Positions 42,502 through 56,699 are shown, numbered from the stretch's first letter. The stretch: 64,000 nt of DNA from Octopus vulgaris (GCA_951406725.2 OX597821.1:77190001-77254000), one strand, 5' to 3'. A program made the numbers and translations. Notes: generated by a model not told the origin, from the sequence alone.

Positions 42502-42724
42502 CATATGCGTGTATTCAATAGTATAACGTTGTTTATTAATTAGTAATTATCATGTTCTTAAGGATCCTCTCGCAAGCACAGACATACAGACGGGCGCAAT
42601 ACATATTGCGTCACTGAAGCCCGTATCTTTTTTCGCTTCTTTACTCTCTGTCTTATCTTTCTGCACACCGCTCTCTCCTCCCCAATGTATATGTATGTGC
42701 CTCTCATGACACGTATGATACACA

Positions 42725-42763
<39 letters not shown>

Positions 42764-43194
42764 GTATGAGTGCGCACGGGGATTGTCATAGATAGCTGCT
42801 ACACGAGGGCGAAGGAGGTGAACGAGACGGTGCAGTAAGCAAATGCTGTGTTATATCTTGTTACATGCCTCAACATGCTGGATGCAATGTCGACATGACT
42901 TTTCCTCTCTGCCGAGTCGATAAAACTAATATATGTTCAATGCTGCCAAACTGTGAAATCGAACCAGGAACCGTGTGGTTTAACAGCAAACATTTTAGCA
43001 CATCTTAACTAAGGGGTCATAATGCCCATAATGTGAAAACAACATTGTTACGGAAATATTTTCAGTTGAATATCAATTTCTTTACGAGTGTTTTATAAAA
43101 TAAGTATGTGTTCGATGTGGCTAGTCGTGGAATCGAACCAGGGAGCAGTTGGTTTAAAAGCTAGCATCTTAATTTAACTGTATGGCCACCATAC

Positions 43195-43842
43195 CTTTTC
43201 TACTCTAGGCACGAGGCGCGAAATTTTGGTGGAGGTGGCCAGTCGATTAGATCGACCCCAGTACGTAACAGGTACTTAATTTATCGACCCCGAAAGGATG
43301 AAAGGTACAGTCAACCTTGGCAGAATTTGAACTCACAACGCAAAGACAGACGAGATACGGCGAAGCACTTCGCCTGGTGTGCTAACGTGTCTGCCGTCAT
43401 ATCCTTAATGTGAGACAACGCTATTGTACAAACATTTTGTGTTAAACACTCAATTTATTTGGGAAATATGATATTTTATCTTTAGGTCTGCAGTCGAGTT
43501 GACATAGAATCTTTTCTAATTCTGGCAAAATGTCAGCAAATTTGAGAGAAGTGGTAATCGATTAAATCGATTCCAGAGTTTAACTAAACTTATTTTATCG
43601 ACCCCTAAAGAATGAAAGGCAAAATAGACCTTTGTGGAATTTGAACTTAGATGGTTTGATAGTAAGCGGAACAACGCCGAACTAGATGCCTTATATTCTT
43701 TACTACTCAAGGCACAAGGCCCGAAATTCTGGGAAAGGAGGCCAGTCAATTAGATCGACCCCAGTACGCAACTGGTACTTAATTTATCAACCCCGAAAGG
43801 ATGATAGACAAAGTAGACCTTTGTGGCATTTGAACTTAGAAC
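43195..43842 (-). mobile_element. Cluster of three family A SINE copies
   Basis: The TTTATCGACCCC..AAGGATGAAAGG..GAATTTGAACT motif occurs at about 43280, 43595 and 43783. Confidence 0.8.
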
Positions 43843-44419
43843 ATAGCTGGAATGATCGAGTAAGCATCTCAGCCGTGACACTCCGGCCTTTTCATGGATA
43901 ATTCATTTTATACTACAATATTCAAATATGTCCTTCTCTAATTCAAAAAGATTCTACGGTTATTTCTAGCTTTTTACGATATCCCTCATTGACTGTCCGG
44001 TACTAATATAAATTTGATGGTTTGTTAGTGAGCGGAAGGCGAATAACATATTATTCTGTCCCAATTCTTAAAGTTCTGAATTAAACTGATTCAGTAAAAT
44101 AATTGGTTTTAATATAGACACAACATAGACACAGGCATGGCTTTGTGGTTAAGTTGGTGTTTGTCCCACCAATATCGCTTGACAGCCGGTGCTGGTGTAT
44201 TTACGTCCCCGTAACATAGCGGTTCGGCAAAAGTGACCGATAGAATAAGTACTAGGCTTACAAAGAATAAGTCCTGAGGTCAATATGCTCGACTAAAGGA
44301 GGTTCTCCAGCATGGCCGCAGTCAAATGACTGAAACAAATAAAAGGATTATATATATATATATATATAAGCATTATTAAATCTCAGAGCGAGATGTAAAC
44401 AGTAACCGCTCGACGATGC

Positions 44420-44544
44420 AAAGTATAAAAGCCATCTCAATATGGCTAACCACAAAGTGGGGGTGTTACTGTAGCTTTTTAGTGGGGAGCTACAGTAACA
44501 CCCCCACTTTGTGGTTAGCCATATTGAGATGGCTTTTATACTTT
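44420..44544. repeat. Perfect 57-bp inverted repeat with 11-nt loop
   Basis: 44420-44476 is the reverse complement of 44488-44544. Confidence 0.95.
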
Positions 44545-44605
44545 ATATATATATAATAATGAAAAAATTATGCATGTGTATATCGCTATATACATATATA
44601 CTTAC

Positions 44606-44636
<31 letters not shown>

Positions 44637-44646
44637 CATGCATATA

Positions 44647-44683
<37 letters not shown>

Positions 44684-44685
<2 letters not shown>

Positions 44686-45163
44686 CGATTATTCTTATAT
44701 CTATAAGAATGCCATATTAATATGGCGATAACAATTAATTTCCAGTAAACGCTGCCGTAATCTCTTTTATAGAGACTTAGTAATTTTAATATTTCTATTA
44801 TTGAAAACAAGTGGATGTATTCCACTGAAACTAGGTAAATATAAACCTTCGAACAGAGACGTCAGTGGCGACACCTGCGCTCTGACTGCGCTACACTGAC
44901 AAGGGGCAATACCCCGAAACGCGTCTGTAGCTGTCGGACTGGCAGTGTGAAGCGGCTGACCTCCCTTGTTCGAAGGTTATAATGGATACAGATCGTGTAT
45001 CAATAGCTATCTTAAGGCGGTGGCCTCATGGAGCTGACCAGCGGCAGCGATTATTCTTATATCTATAAGAATGCCATATTAATATGGCGATAACAATTAA
45101 TTTCCAGTAAACGCTGCCGTAATCTCTTTTATAGAGACTTAGTAATTTTAATATTTCTATTAT
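44684..45163 (+). mobile_element. Retrozyme-like or Penelope pLTR-like element: 362-bp monomer plus 118-bp terminal direct repeat
   Basis: 44684-44801 is repeated at 45046-45163; embedded in (TA)n; central hammerhead; many internal hairpins; no ORF. Confidence 0.8.
44890..44931 (+). ncRNA. Type I minimal hammerhead ribozyme (G8A in this copy)
   Basis: GCTACA-CTGACAA-GGGG-caata-CCCC-GAAAC-GC-GTC-TGTAGC: 6-bp stem I, 4-bp stem II, palindromic ACGCGT stem III, GUC site at 44923-44925. Confidence 0.85.
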
Positions 45164-45299
45164 ATATATATATATATGCTTTTTAATTTTCTTGTATCTA
45201 AGCAAAAAAAAAACAAAGCAAACTACAATAAATCGTTCACCATCATAGATCGCTAGCCACTACATACTTTATTTTTTTTCCTTGTTTCTTTCTGTGTTC

Positions 45300-45335
45300 C
45301 TTTCTATGGAAGAGCATGGGCTCGAAACGTTAAAG
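45300..45335 (+). ncRNA. Degenerate hammerhead-like motif (family of 8637)
   Basis: CTTT-CTATGGA-A-GAGC-atgg-GCTC-GAAAC-GTT-AAAG with the same flanks as the 8.6k copy. Confidence 0.5.
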
Positions 45336-45473
45336 ACTTTTTCACTTCCCGAGCTTTATACTAATACATCTGTTTGTTGTCTACACCACCTGTCTACGGC
45401 TCTTGTTGGGGGTTTTTTTTGTGAATTTTCCCCCTACAAGAAATAATGTCTGTCAATACTTGTTTTAAATTGT

Positions 45474-45513
45474 ATTTCCGTATTTCGGGGTTAGGACCCC
45501 TTCTTCAGGAAAT
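45474..45513 (-). ncRNA. Hammerhead-like motif with intact core and degenerate stem III
   Basis: ATTTC-CTGAAGA-A-GGGG-tcctaa-CCCC-GAAA-tacg-GAAAT. Confidence 0.6.
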
Positions 45514-45831
45514 CTTTCGAGAAACGGTAATGAGGTGACTTTTCTGTCAGTAATGCATGCATACACACACTTCAGAACGAAGACGGGGTCCCAAGCATGG
45601 AATATTGAAATCCAGGTTAAAATCACGAATCATAGACTCGTATCGGCTTGCATTGGTTTAATTTTCTAAAATGATTCCATTCTTTCTAGGATTCTTCACT
45701 GAAAAGGCGATTGACTATGGATAGAACACAATAATACATTTCAAAAACGGCGTGCTGGCATGGAGAAGACTTTAATAAAAAAGATTAAATTAGAACATAG
45801 TCGTGTTTCCAATATAATTATGCGTGAAGAC

Positions 45832-46215
45832 GGCGAGCTGGCAGAAACGTTAGGACGCCGGGCGAAATGCTTAGCGGTATTTCGTCTGTCTTTACGTTCT
45901 GCCGAGGTCGACTTTGCCTTTCATCCTTCCGGGGTCGATAAATTAAGTACCAGTTACGCACTGGGGTCGATGGAATCGTCTTAATCCGTTTGTCTGTCCT
46001 TGTTTGTCCACTCTGTGTTTAGCGCCTTGTGGGTAGTAAAGAAATAGGTATTTCGTCCGTCTTTATTTTGTGAGTTCAAATTCCACCGAGGTCGACTTTG
46101 CCTTTTATCCTTTCGGGGTCGATAAATTAAGGACCAGTTGCGTACTAGGGTCGATCTAATCGACTGGCCCCCTCCCCTAAAATTTCGGGCCTTGAGTCTA
46201 GATTAGAAAGGAATA
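45832..46215 (+). mobile_element. SINE family A with internal duplication
   Basis: Same architecture as 10265-10625. Confidence 0.85.
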
Positions 46216-46234
46216 TAATTGTGTGTGTGTAGGC

Positions 46235-46307
<73 letters not shown>

Positions 46308-47702
46308 TACATACATACATACATACTGACAGATAGACAGACAGACAGACATATATACATGTGTATATTTTTTATTAAAATTTAGCTGAAGTAACATAGT
46401 GATTGGAGGCCGGGAGTAATCGTAAATTAGCACTTATCAAAGAGCTTGATAAGTGCTAACGCCCGAAATTCACGGCCCTTGAGAATTTCGGGTGTTAGCA
46501 CTTGAGAGTAAAATTATACATGCTCATGTTTTGAGATCTATTTTTTTCTGTTTGCATCGCCAAACCTATGTTTTGTTATGTACGTACGTACGTACGTATG
46601 TACGTATGTATGTATGTATGTATGTATGTATGTATGTATGTATGTATGTATGTATGTATGTATGTATGTATGTATGTGTGTATGTATGCGTGTATGTAAG
46701 TATGTATGTCTCAGAGTGCCCATGATATTCGAGGCCATCTTGGGAATTTAGCTTCTACACCTCCGTGGAGTTCAATAATACCTACCGAAACTCTGGAGAG
46801 AAAAATATATAACTATTGTTCTGTTTGTCGTATGACATAGATATTGGACTAAACCTTTGACGTGACCTTCAGACGCGACTCTCACATGACAATTAATGCA
46901 CGGACGTGAACAAAAATTTCCTTTCCCCCCATTTTGACAATCTTGACGATCATCAACCAGTCAATTCGTACGTTGACTGACATCGATTTCAGCAACATTC
47001 ACTTTATAAAAACAAACGATTTTTAGAAACTTTGCAACACAGCACAACGTTCATCAAAACTTAGGTTTTAGAAAATCAACAAATGTGAAACCGGTTAATT
47101 ATATTCATCTTCATTTGTGTCATTCTTTTTGTGTCCTCTATATGCGTTTTCAACTTATTTTTTCTATACTACAACTTATAAGGATTATTAACGTTGTATA
47201 CACACACGCACACACACACACACATACAAATAATATACATAATATGCATAGACGCACATATATATGTACATATACATATATACATAATATATATATATAT
47301 GTGTGTTTGTGTGTGTGTGTGAAGAGAGAAAGAGAGAGAGAGAGAGAGATGTAATAGTACGTAGTCAGTTCGACCGAACTCTAGAATGACCAATCCAAGG
47401 CTGAAACAAGCAAAAGAATAAAAGAAAAAATTACACACACGCACATACTTACACATACACACGCACACGCATACACACATACACACGCGCATATACACAC
47501 GCAGGCACGCACATACACATACACACACACGCAAACACACATACAGTTTTATAAAGTAAAATATAAACTTCGGAAAGGTCGCAACACTTATTTCATCTGT
47601 GTCGTTAATGCTTATTGTTGGTCCATGTATGGCACACTTGCCCTTCTTTTCCATTTAAAATTCCATAATTCTGTGTTCCCAAAATCGTGCATGCGTGTTT
47701 GT

Positions 47703-47797
<95 letters not shown>

Positions 47798-49500
47798 TGT
47801 GTTTGCTTATATGAGTGTGTGCATCTGAGTGTGTCTGTGTTGAAGAATGTGTGTGTAGTGAAGAGGAAGGAAAGCCATTGCTTACAGACGACGTAGACGC
47901 CAAATCGTATGTATGAATGCCAACATAGAACAAAGCAATTGTACTCACTAACCCATTACACGTAAACTGCAACCACATCAGATTCCAGAACAATAACAAG
48001 ACTGGCAGAAGGAAAAAAAATGGTTGTCTTTAATTCCAGTGCGAACTCTTGATGATCTGATGTCTCTTCTTGTCATTAATCTTGTCAATGCAACATTTTC
48101 CATTCAGAAGCTCAGCAAGTCGTCTACTGCAGATTTCTAACTCGTGATCTATGAGCAACAAGCCCAAGACTTCAACCATTCAAATAAATTGCTAAATGAG
48201 TGAAATAGAAAACCGTAGAACTCCCAAATGTTTAAGGATCTCACTTAAACTTGAAATTAGAACACTTAAGCGTTAAGTCAGCCCACCAGGATGGTGTAAT
48301 TTCTCCAAATGCAAAACAGTTTGTTTTTCGCATTATATAAAATATTCGACTAATGATATTTCTAATTAGTTTTGTTTTCTTAATTGCTATATAATATAGA
48401 TTAATTACTTCATACAATATATATTAAGTTTCTCTGATTAATGCGTATTTATAGCGTCTACGTCGTAAGGCAAGTAAAAACCTATTTCAAAACAGGTTGA
48501 AGTTCATTGTTGACCCGGAAAAATGCAATAGGGTGTTGTAGTCCCGATCGTCAAATCGTGTTCTCGACTCCCAGACCGGACGATGCGTTGTTGTTCTTAA
48601 GCAAAACACTTCATTTCACAATGGGACTCGTCCACTCGGCCGTAAATGAATTCCCCGGAACCGGGCAACTGTCCTGGTGGGTTCTAGGGTTCGAGGAAGA
48701 CCTACAACAGCTACGTTGCTGACCGCTTATTGACCACTGGTCGGCCTATACTTTCTCTGTCCATTGACACAAGTTTGTTTCGAGCGCAACGGAGCCTAAC
48801 AAAATGTTTTCGGTGGATATTATTGAACCCCAAGGCGGTGTAGAAGCCAAATTCCCAAGATGGCCTTGGATAGTATGTGCACTCTGAGACATAACAATAT
48901 ACTTACCATTAAGGTGATGAGAACCCAGAATCGTTAGCTCACCGGACAAAATAATTAGTGGCATTTGGCCCGTCTGTCCGTTTTGAGATCAAATTCCACC
49001 GAAGTTGACTTTGCTTTTCATCCTTTCAGGGTCGATAAAAGAAGTAACAGTTGAACACCGGGGTCGATGTAATTGACTCCCCCCCCCGTCTCCCGAAATT
49101 CCTCGCCTTGTGCCAAAATTTGAAACCGACGTTATGTTTACCATTAAGAGGTTAATAAGTACAGTGAGGAAAGTATAATGGTTATTCTTCCGGCGAGTCA
49201 ACTCTGAGCCATAAGATTGATTCCTAGTCGATTCACGTCACCTAAAAATTTACACGCATCGCTGCCGTTTCCAGCTGTAGCCAGAGTAATTTGGAGAATT
49301 AAGGACATCGTTATGCAAAACTTTCTTCGACACAGGAGCGGTCAGTTCTGACCCAGCAGACATGGAATCCATGCATGGATGGCTATAAATCTTCAATGAC
49401 CTCCCAGGGATCAACGGTAAAGAGTAAATACTTCGATATTTTACTAATCCATTCGTTACATTGCGTTTAGTCTAGATATAAGTAATCTAGGCATTACACA

Positions 49501-49535
<35 letters not shown>

Positions 49536-49785
49536 AGCAGTGAACGTTTGTCTATGGATATGTGCCTCTGAATCTGTATGTGTAGGGGGAGGGCTGATGT
49601 TTGTATATGCGTGGTAATGAACGTTAGTCTATGAACATGTGTGTACCTGGAACGAGATCAGTCTGTATGTTCAGTAATTTTGAATACATCTTTCAAAACG
49701 CATCTATGCCTGTGAATGTGTGTGACAGCGTGTATGTGTGTGTATGTGTGTGATGTGTGTTTGAGTGTATGTATATATCTATGTA

Positions 49786-49969
49786 GTTGTTGTTGTTGTT
49801 AAGCAACAATACGGGTAAGGGTGATTAGGTGATGGTCTAGGGCTTAGGGGCGGGAGACCCCAGACCTAGGGGGAAAAAAAAACTTTGGTCTTGTTGTAGT
49901 CGAGGGCTCTTCTTTGACGCCAGACACCACTGGGAATGGAGATCTCCAGGTCCAAATTCTTGAACGGCT
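49786..49969 (-). mobile_element. Second copy (internally deleted) of the 21912-22121 repeat
   Basis: Reverse-complement similarity, also visible as the shared peptides SRSRIWTWRSPFP and LGSPAPKP in the ORF track. Confidence 0.8.
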
Positions 49970-49981
49970 GTATCTATGTAT

Positions 49982-50034
<53 letters not shown>

Positions 50035-50114
50035 CAATGTACGTTTGTCTATGAACATATGTCGCCTGCATTTTGTGAGAAGTAATATAAGTCAGTATAT
50101 GAACACACGTTATA

Positions 50115-50157
<43 letters not shown>

Positions 50158-50839
50158 TCGCGTATGAGACAATACATGTGTGCATCTGTATTAATGTTCT
50201 TGCCTGTATAATAACGAACACATCTGTATCTACGTGTTTGTATGTATGCATTAGGACTAACCAATGTACGTTTAGCTTTCGGCATACACGTGTTTAACTC
50301 TATGCGTCTGTGTATGCAACAACGTATGTATGCCTATGAGGATATGTGTATGGGACATGGGTGTACTTGTGCCTATGTCTCTATGTGTGCAATAATGTAT
50401 GTTTGTCTATGAACATATGTGTATGAGGGTATATGAATGTTTTAAATATTCCCCTGGGCCCTGCACACTGTGTAATAAATACAACATTAGCTGTGTCAAT
50501 GTTTTGCTTATAAGCTTCTAGAGAAGGTTTACTGCAGCATGAAACAAGAAACGTGCTATCTCTGCCACATCTCGGCTGATATCCTTACTCTCAGTGGAAA
50601 CTTTATATCACATCATTTGCACCAGACCAAAGATCGTATGATTGATTATGTATCGGCTTTTGGTCGAAATAGTTACGAGAAGGGATCGAACTTCCATCTT
50701 TGGAGACATGAAATTAATTCTTATCAGTACCTATGTCCGTATCAAAGAGAACTGGACCTAGGTCAAGGATACTGTTTGCTAGACTAACCCTAACTGGGTA
50801 AGTTTGCTTTTGATATATATATATAAACATATATATATA

Positions 50840-51123
50840 TTCTTTTATTCTTTTATTCTTTTACTTGTTTCAGTCACTTGACTGCGGCTATGCTGGAGCA
50901 CCACTTCTAGTCGAACAAGTCGACCCCAGGATTTATTTTTGTAAGCCTAGTACTTATTCTATCAGCCTGCTTTGCTGAACCGCTTAGTTACGGGTACGTA
51001 AACACGCCAGCATCAGTGGTCAAGTGATGTTGGTGGGTGGGGACAATCACAGACACACAAACATATACATACATATACACACACATATATATATATACAT
51101 ATATATATATACATATATATATA

Positions 51124-51177
<54 letters not shown>

Positions 51178-51445
51178 TATATACATCCGGCCACTGGTTT
51201 AAATTGATATTAATTTAATTCATAATTAATATTAATTTTTACCATCATTGTTGAAATTTTTATATATATAAATATAGATATATATGTATATACGATGGGC
51301 TTCTTTCAGTTTCCGTCTACCAAATCCATTCACAAGGCTTTGGTCGGCCCGAGACTATAGTAGAATACACTTGCCCAACGTGCCTCCAGTGGGACTGAAC
51401 CCTGAACCATGTGGTTGATAAGCAAGCTACTTACCACACAGCCAC
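50840..51445 (-). mobile_element. SINE family B, full length with expanded internal microsatellite
   Basis: Head at about 51290-51445, tail at 50840-51060 ending in (AAAAGAAT)n. Confidence 0.85.
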
Positions 51446-51462
51446 ATATATGTATGTGTATG

Positions 51463-51493
<31 letters not shown>

Positions 51494-52076
51494 ATGTGTG
51501 TGCTTGTGTGTACATATATATATATATGCATGTATGTATGTATGTATGCATTTTTATTATTATTATTATTACACAAAGGAAGGGCTAACAGCGATTTGGA
51601 AGGTCGACCAAATGGCCACCATCAGACTTCCTTCAGTCATCCTTCATTTAATGTTAAATTGCTTTTCAAGTTTGGGCAAGCTTCTTAAACCAGTTACAAT
51701 GTTGTACATAGGTTGTTAAAATAATTCGGAATGCACATCTGGTTTGTTGATCAAATATTTATCAAAACAATTTTCTAACAACGAGGGAGCGATGAGTTTG
51801 AAAGTCTAAAGATCAACAACGATTTAAGCGCCACTCACTTTCTGTTCTATGAAAGTATTTTGTAGTACATCTTCAAATGATATCTATATTTAATCGTATG
51901 TAAGCGTAGTGTAGTTGTAACATGGTAAACACAGCCTGCAGCCGACTTTTGATTACTAGTAGTAAAGATTCATTTAACGTTGTTAATGCCCTTGAAAAAA
52001 AAAAGGCACGAATTTATCACTGTCTCATGTTCCTCCATTTTACTAGAAATGTAATCCTTCATAACTATATAGAATT

Positions 52077-52169
<93 letters not shown>

Positions 52170-52231
52170 TAGACATGTATATATATATACATATATATGT
52201 CTATATGTCTATATATATATGCATATATATC

Positions 52232-52291
<60 letters not shown>

Positions 52292-52493
52292 GAGATAGCT
52301 AAATAGAAAGATACAAGAAAGGTACACTGACATACATATATATATATACATATGTACAGAAAAAATGTATACACACACACATATATATACATACACACAC
52401 ATATACATACATACATGTGTATGTATATATATTCTTGAGTTTACTTGGTAGAGTGTGTTTTAACTTGACAAGTTAACAAGACTCTTGTTTTAG

Positions 52494-52553
<60 letters not shown>

Positions 52554-52991
52554 GGATGGACGTGTGTTTTAGCCGGTTGATAAGTTTACGAAAAAAATTT
52601 TTTTTAAATAAGCAGAGCAGACAAAATGCAGAATTTCTCATGAAAATCTCCACCTACCTGTAAACAGCACATATTTCATTAAAAGCAATCCTTTCCTTTT
52701 CTTCTTAATTACACCAAAACAAACAAACAAACAAACACACAGACTACACTAACACAAACACGCACAAACACAAAACAAACAACAACAACAACAAGCAACC
52801 GCGCCAGTAACAATGGTAGTTTCGTAAAACTGTATTCTCGTATCAAGTGTAACGCCGTAAGCTTTCATACATCATAGTTCTATTATTGTTTTCTGGCCGC
52901 ATAATGTTCTCTGAGATGATGTTGTAATTATTGTTGTTGTTGTTGTTGTTGACGATGCTAATGATGATGGTGATCGTGATGATGGTGTTGC

Positions 52992-53022
<31 letters not shown>

Positions 53023-53334
53023 CTTGTTTCTGTTGAGTTGTACATGTTGCAGCAGCTACAGACTACTTTGTTGCTCCACAATAATTCCATCGCTTCTTTT
53101 AGCAAGAGAAGATTCTGGCTTTTTCGGGGTGGGGGTGGGGGTGGAGGAAGGTAGGCCTGGGTGGGGCGCGGGTAACGGCATCGGTGCGAGGATGCAGGGT
53201 GGGGGGTAGAGGAAAAGAGAGAATGAGAGAGAGAGAGAAAGAGAGGAATGTTTCAGACGTGAGGGTAAGGAAGAGAGGGGGGCGGTGAGGAAAAGACGCA
53301 AGAATAAAAAGATGGATGGATAGAAAGATGTAGG

Positions 53335-53473
53335 TTATTTATATATATATATATGTTTGTGTGTGCATGTGTGTGTGTGTGTGTGTGTGTGTATGTATAT
53401 ACACACATATATATATATATGTGTATATATGTATGTATATATATATATATCTATATATATCTATATATATCTA

Positions 53474-53513
<40 letters not shown>

Positions 53514-53659
53514 TATGAGTATATATATGTATATATGTATATATATATATAATATATATAGTATATATATATGTATGAATGTATCTGTGTATGTATGTAT
53601 GTATGTATATATGCATATATATATGTATAATGTATATATATTATATATATATGTATGTA

Positions 53660-53714
<55 letters not shown>

Positions 53715-53834
53715 ATATGTATACATATATGTATATATATATATGTATATATGTATATATGTATGTATATATGTATATATATATATGATATATATATTAT
53801 ATATATATATGTATGTATATATGTATATATAATA

Positions 53835-53870
<36 letters not shown>

Positions 53871-53925
53871 TGTGTGTATATATGTGTGTATGTATGTGTG
53901 TATGTATGTGTGTATGTATGTATGT
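53335..53925. repeat. Long compound (TA)/(TATG)/(TG) microsatellite, representative of dozens in the window
   Basis: Directly visible; this class explains the YI/HT/CV/LSIY ORFs. Confidence 0.95.
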
Positions 53926-54144
53926 ATTGCATTGCCGTTGAGTCTCGTGCGCAAATATTTGTCACTTCCATATTGTGTCGATTTATCTCTCAAAAACATC
54001 GCTGCCAGATCACGAGTATTTCTCAAAGACTTGTCCCTTGTTCACACAGACACAAACGCACACACACACACATACACACACACAAATACATATTTCAATA
54101 TGTGTGTGTATTATATATTTAAAAACATACATATGTACATAAGG

Positions 54145-54201
<57 letters not shown>

Positions 54202-54309
54202 ATCACGTGACCGACCAGACCATCAGATGTTGTTACACATCGCTGGTCACAATGCGTTCGCATTGTTTTAGCCTTCGAATGACGCCACCCCGCTGGCTAA
54301 GCGAGCAGG

Positions 54310-54385
<76 letters not shown>

Positions 54386-54390
54386 CATGC

Positions 54391-54427
<37 letters not shown>

Positions 54428-54529
54428 CTCAAAATGCAACAGGATAACATGTAGTAATGCCGTACGACCGTTTCAAGCGGCGAATAATCAATCATTTCAA
54501 TTTAAATGCGGTGCTATATATATAAATAA

Positions 54530-54595
<66 letters not shown>

Positions 54596-54878
54596 CCATA
54601 TGGGGTCTACATTTAGCATATTAGGAGTCCACCGAGTGGCCGTCCCTTTTATATGTATGTAATATAACTTTCTGAATCTTCAGATGTTTTTCAATATGCT
54701 ACTCCACTGATTTAAATTGATATCATTCTAATTAATATCAATTTTTTACCCTTATATATATATATGTATATATATATATATAAAGTTAATCCAAACAAGA
54801 AAACAAAAAGACAACAACGCAAGGATGTGGAACAAATAAAGTATTATTGGACGCTCAGGAAAGAAGGGAAGAAGGAGG

Positions 54879-54913
54879 GTTTGACGTTTCGAGCGGAGCT
54901 CTTCGTCGGAAAC
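54879..54913 (-). ncRNA. Minimal hammerhead motif in a (TA)n-flanked insert (about 54783-54997)
   Basis: GTTT-CCGACGA-A-GAGC-tcc-GCTC-GAAAC-GTC-AAAC. Confidence 0.7.
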
Positions 54914-55122
54914 ATAGGAGAAGGAAAGATCCCGAAACGGGAGGACAGAGGGAAAAAAATCACAGGTGGTATTCACGAGGTCACATACTAAAAGATCATA
55001 TATATATATATATATACAAATATTCTATAATCATAAACATAATTATATTTAGGGATCAACTAATTGCTTCACCACATACCGAATACCTTTTCTACTACTG
55101 TAAGAATAGTATATTATTAATA

Positions 55123-55175
<53 letters not shown>

Positions 55176-55238
55176 CATATATATATATATATACATACTA
55201 ATGTACGGATGGATTTTATATTTCGATAAATATATACC

Positions 55239-55297
<59 letters not shown>

Positions 55298-55400
55298 GTG
55301 CATGCATACATACATGTAGACACTCATGTATAACTACTCACTCTTACACACATAATATGCTTGTGTGTATAAATAGATATGCACATGTGCATGTACTATG

Positions 55401-55439
<39 letters not shown>

Positions 55440-55479
55440 GTGTATGTGTGCGCGCTTCTGTGCGTGTATGTACATATAC

Positions 55480-55561
<82 letters not shown>

Positions 55562-55986
55562 ATATATATAATACATGCTGGATGTGTCTGTGTGTGAGGT
55601 AGGGGAATCAGTGATGAGGACAATAGCTGTGTGAAGAATAAGCAAACTGAAAAGTTTGGTGAGAATCGTTAACAAAAATGATATAAGTGTACTCTTGCAC
55701 AACAGCTGAGAAGCGACGCTTTCTAAGTTTGTGTTTGTTGTTTTCTATTTTCGCGTTTTGGGGCTTTTAATGTAGCTATTATCTTCATACTGCTGTTGCT
55801 GCTGCTGCTGCTGTTGTTGTTTTCAGATGTTTGGATATATATTACTAAAGTGCAATATACAATAATTTATTTACTAATAGATGTGAATTAAAACAAAAGG
55901 AGCGATTTAGCTGTTTTACACACGCACAGGCACACGCACACACACGCATATATATTTATATAAACGCTGTCACTTACATACACACG

Positions 55987-56024
<38 letters not shown>

Positions 56025-56295
56025 TATATATATATATATTCTTTTTTTCTGTTACTTGTCGAGCAAATCGACCCCAGGACTTCTTCTTTGTAAGCCTAGT
56101 ACTTATTCTATCGCTCTCTTTTGCTGACCCTCTAAGTAAGGAGGACATAAACACACCAGCAGCGGCTATCAAGCGATGTTAGTGGGACAAACACAGACAC
56201 ACCAACACACACTCACACACCAGCAGCGGTTATCAAGCGATGTTAGTGGGACAAACACAGACACACCAACACACACTCACACATACACACATATA

Positions 56296-56378
<83 letters not shown>

Positions 56379-56699
56379 GTTGTAAGTCGACTGATCGCCA
56401 AGTTATGCTTGATTTTAGGAGACAAGTAATTAGATAGATTTGTATCTCTTCCTATTATCGGATTTTGTTAGGGCCCCTTATGGTAAAGATGTGGATGGGG
56501 AAAATGTGGGTAGAGGGTGATGTCCTATCGGCCCTCTCTCCTTACTGTTTTATAAAGTAAACAACAGCACAAATAACTACGCAGAGTAAGTCATGGTTGA
56601 AACAAGAACAAGAACAACGAGTATTCTTAACAGAGAAAAGAAGCATGGTCATTCCGTAACCCAAGTGACCTTATCGCCCATCACTCATAAATTAGTTTA

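Noticed and set aside
52872-53105. Thr/Ser-rich or polyQ/H coding exon
   Set aside because: Low-complexity trinucleotide tract with stops in the Q/H frame and no domain signal.
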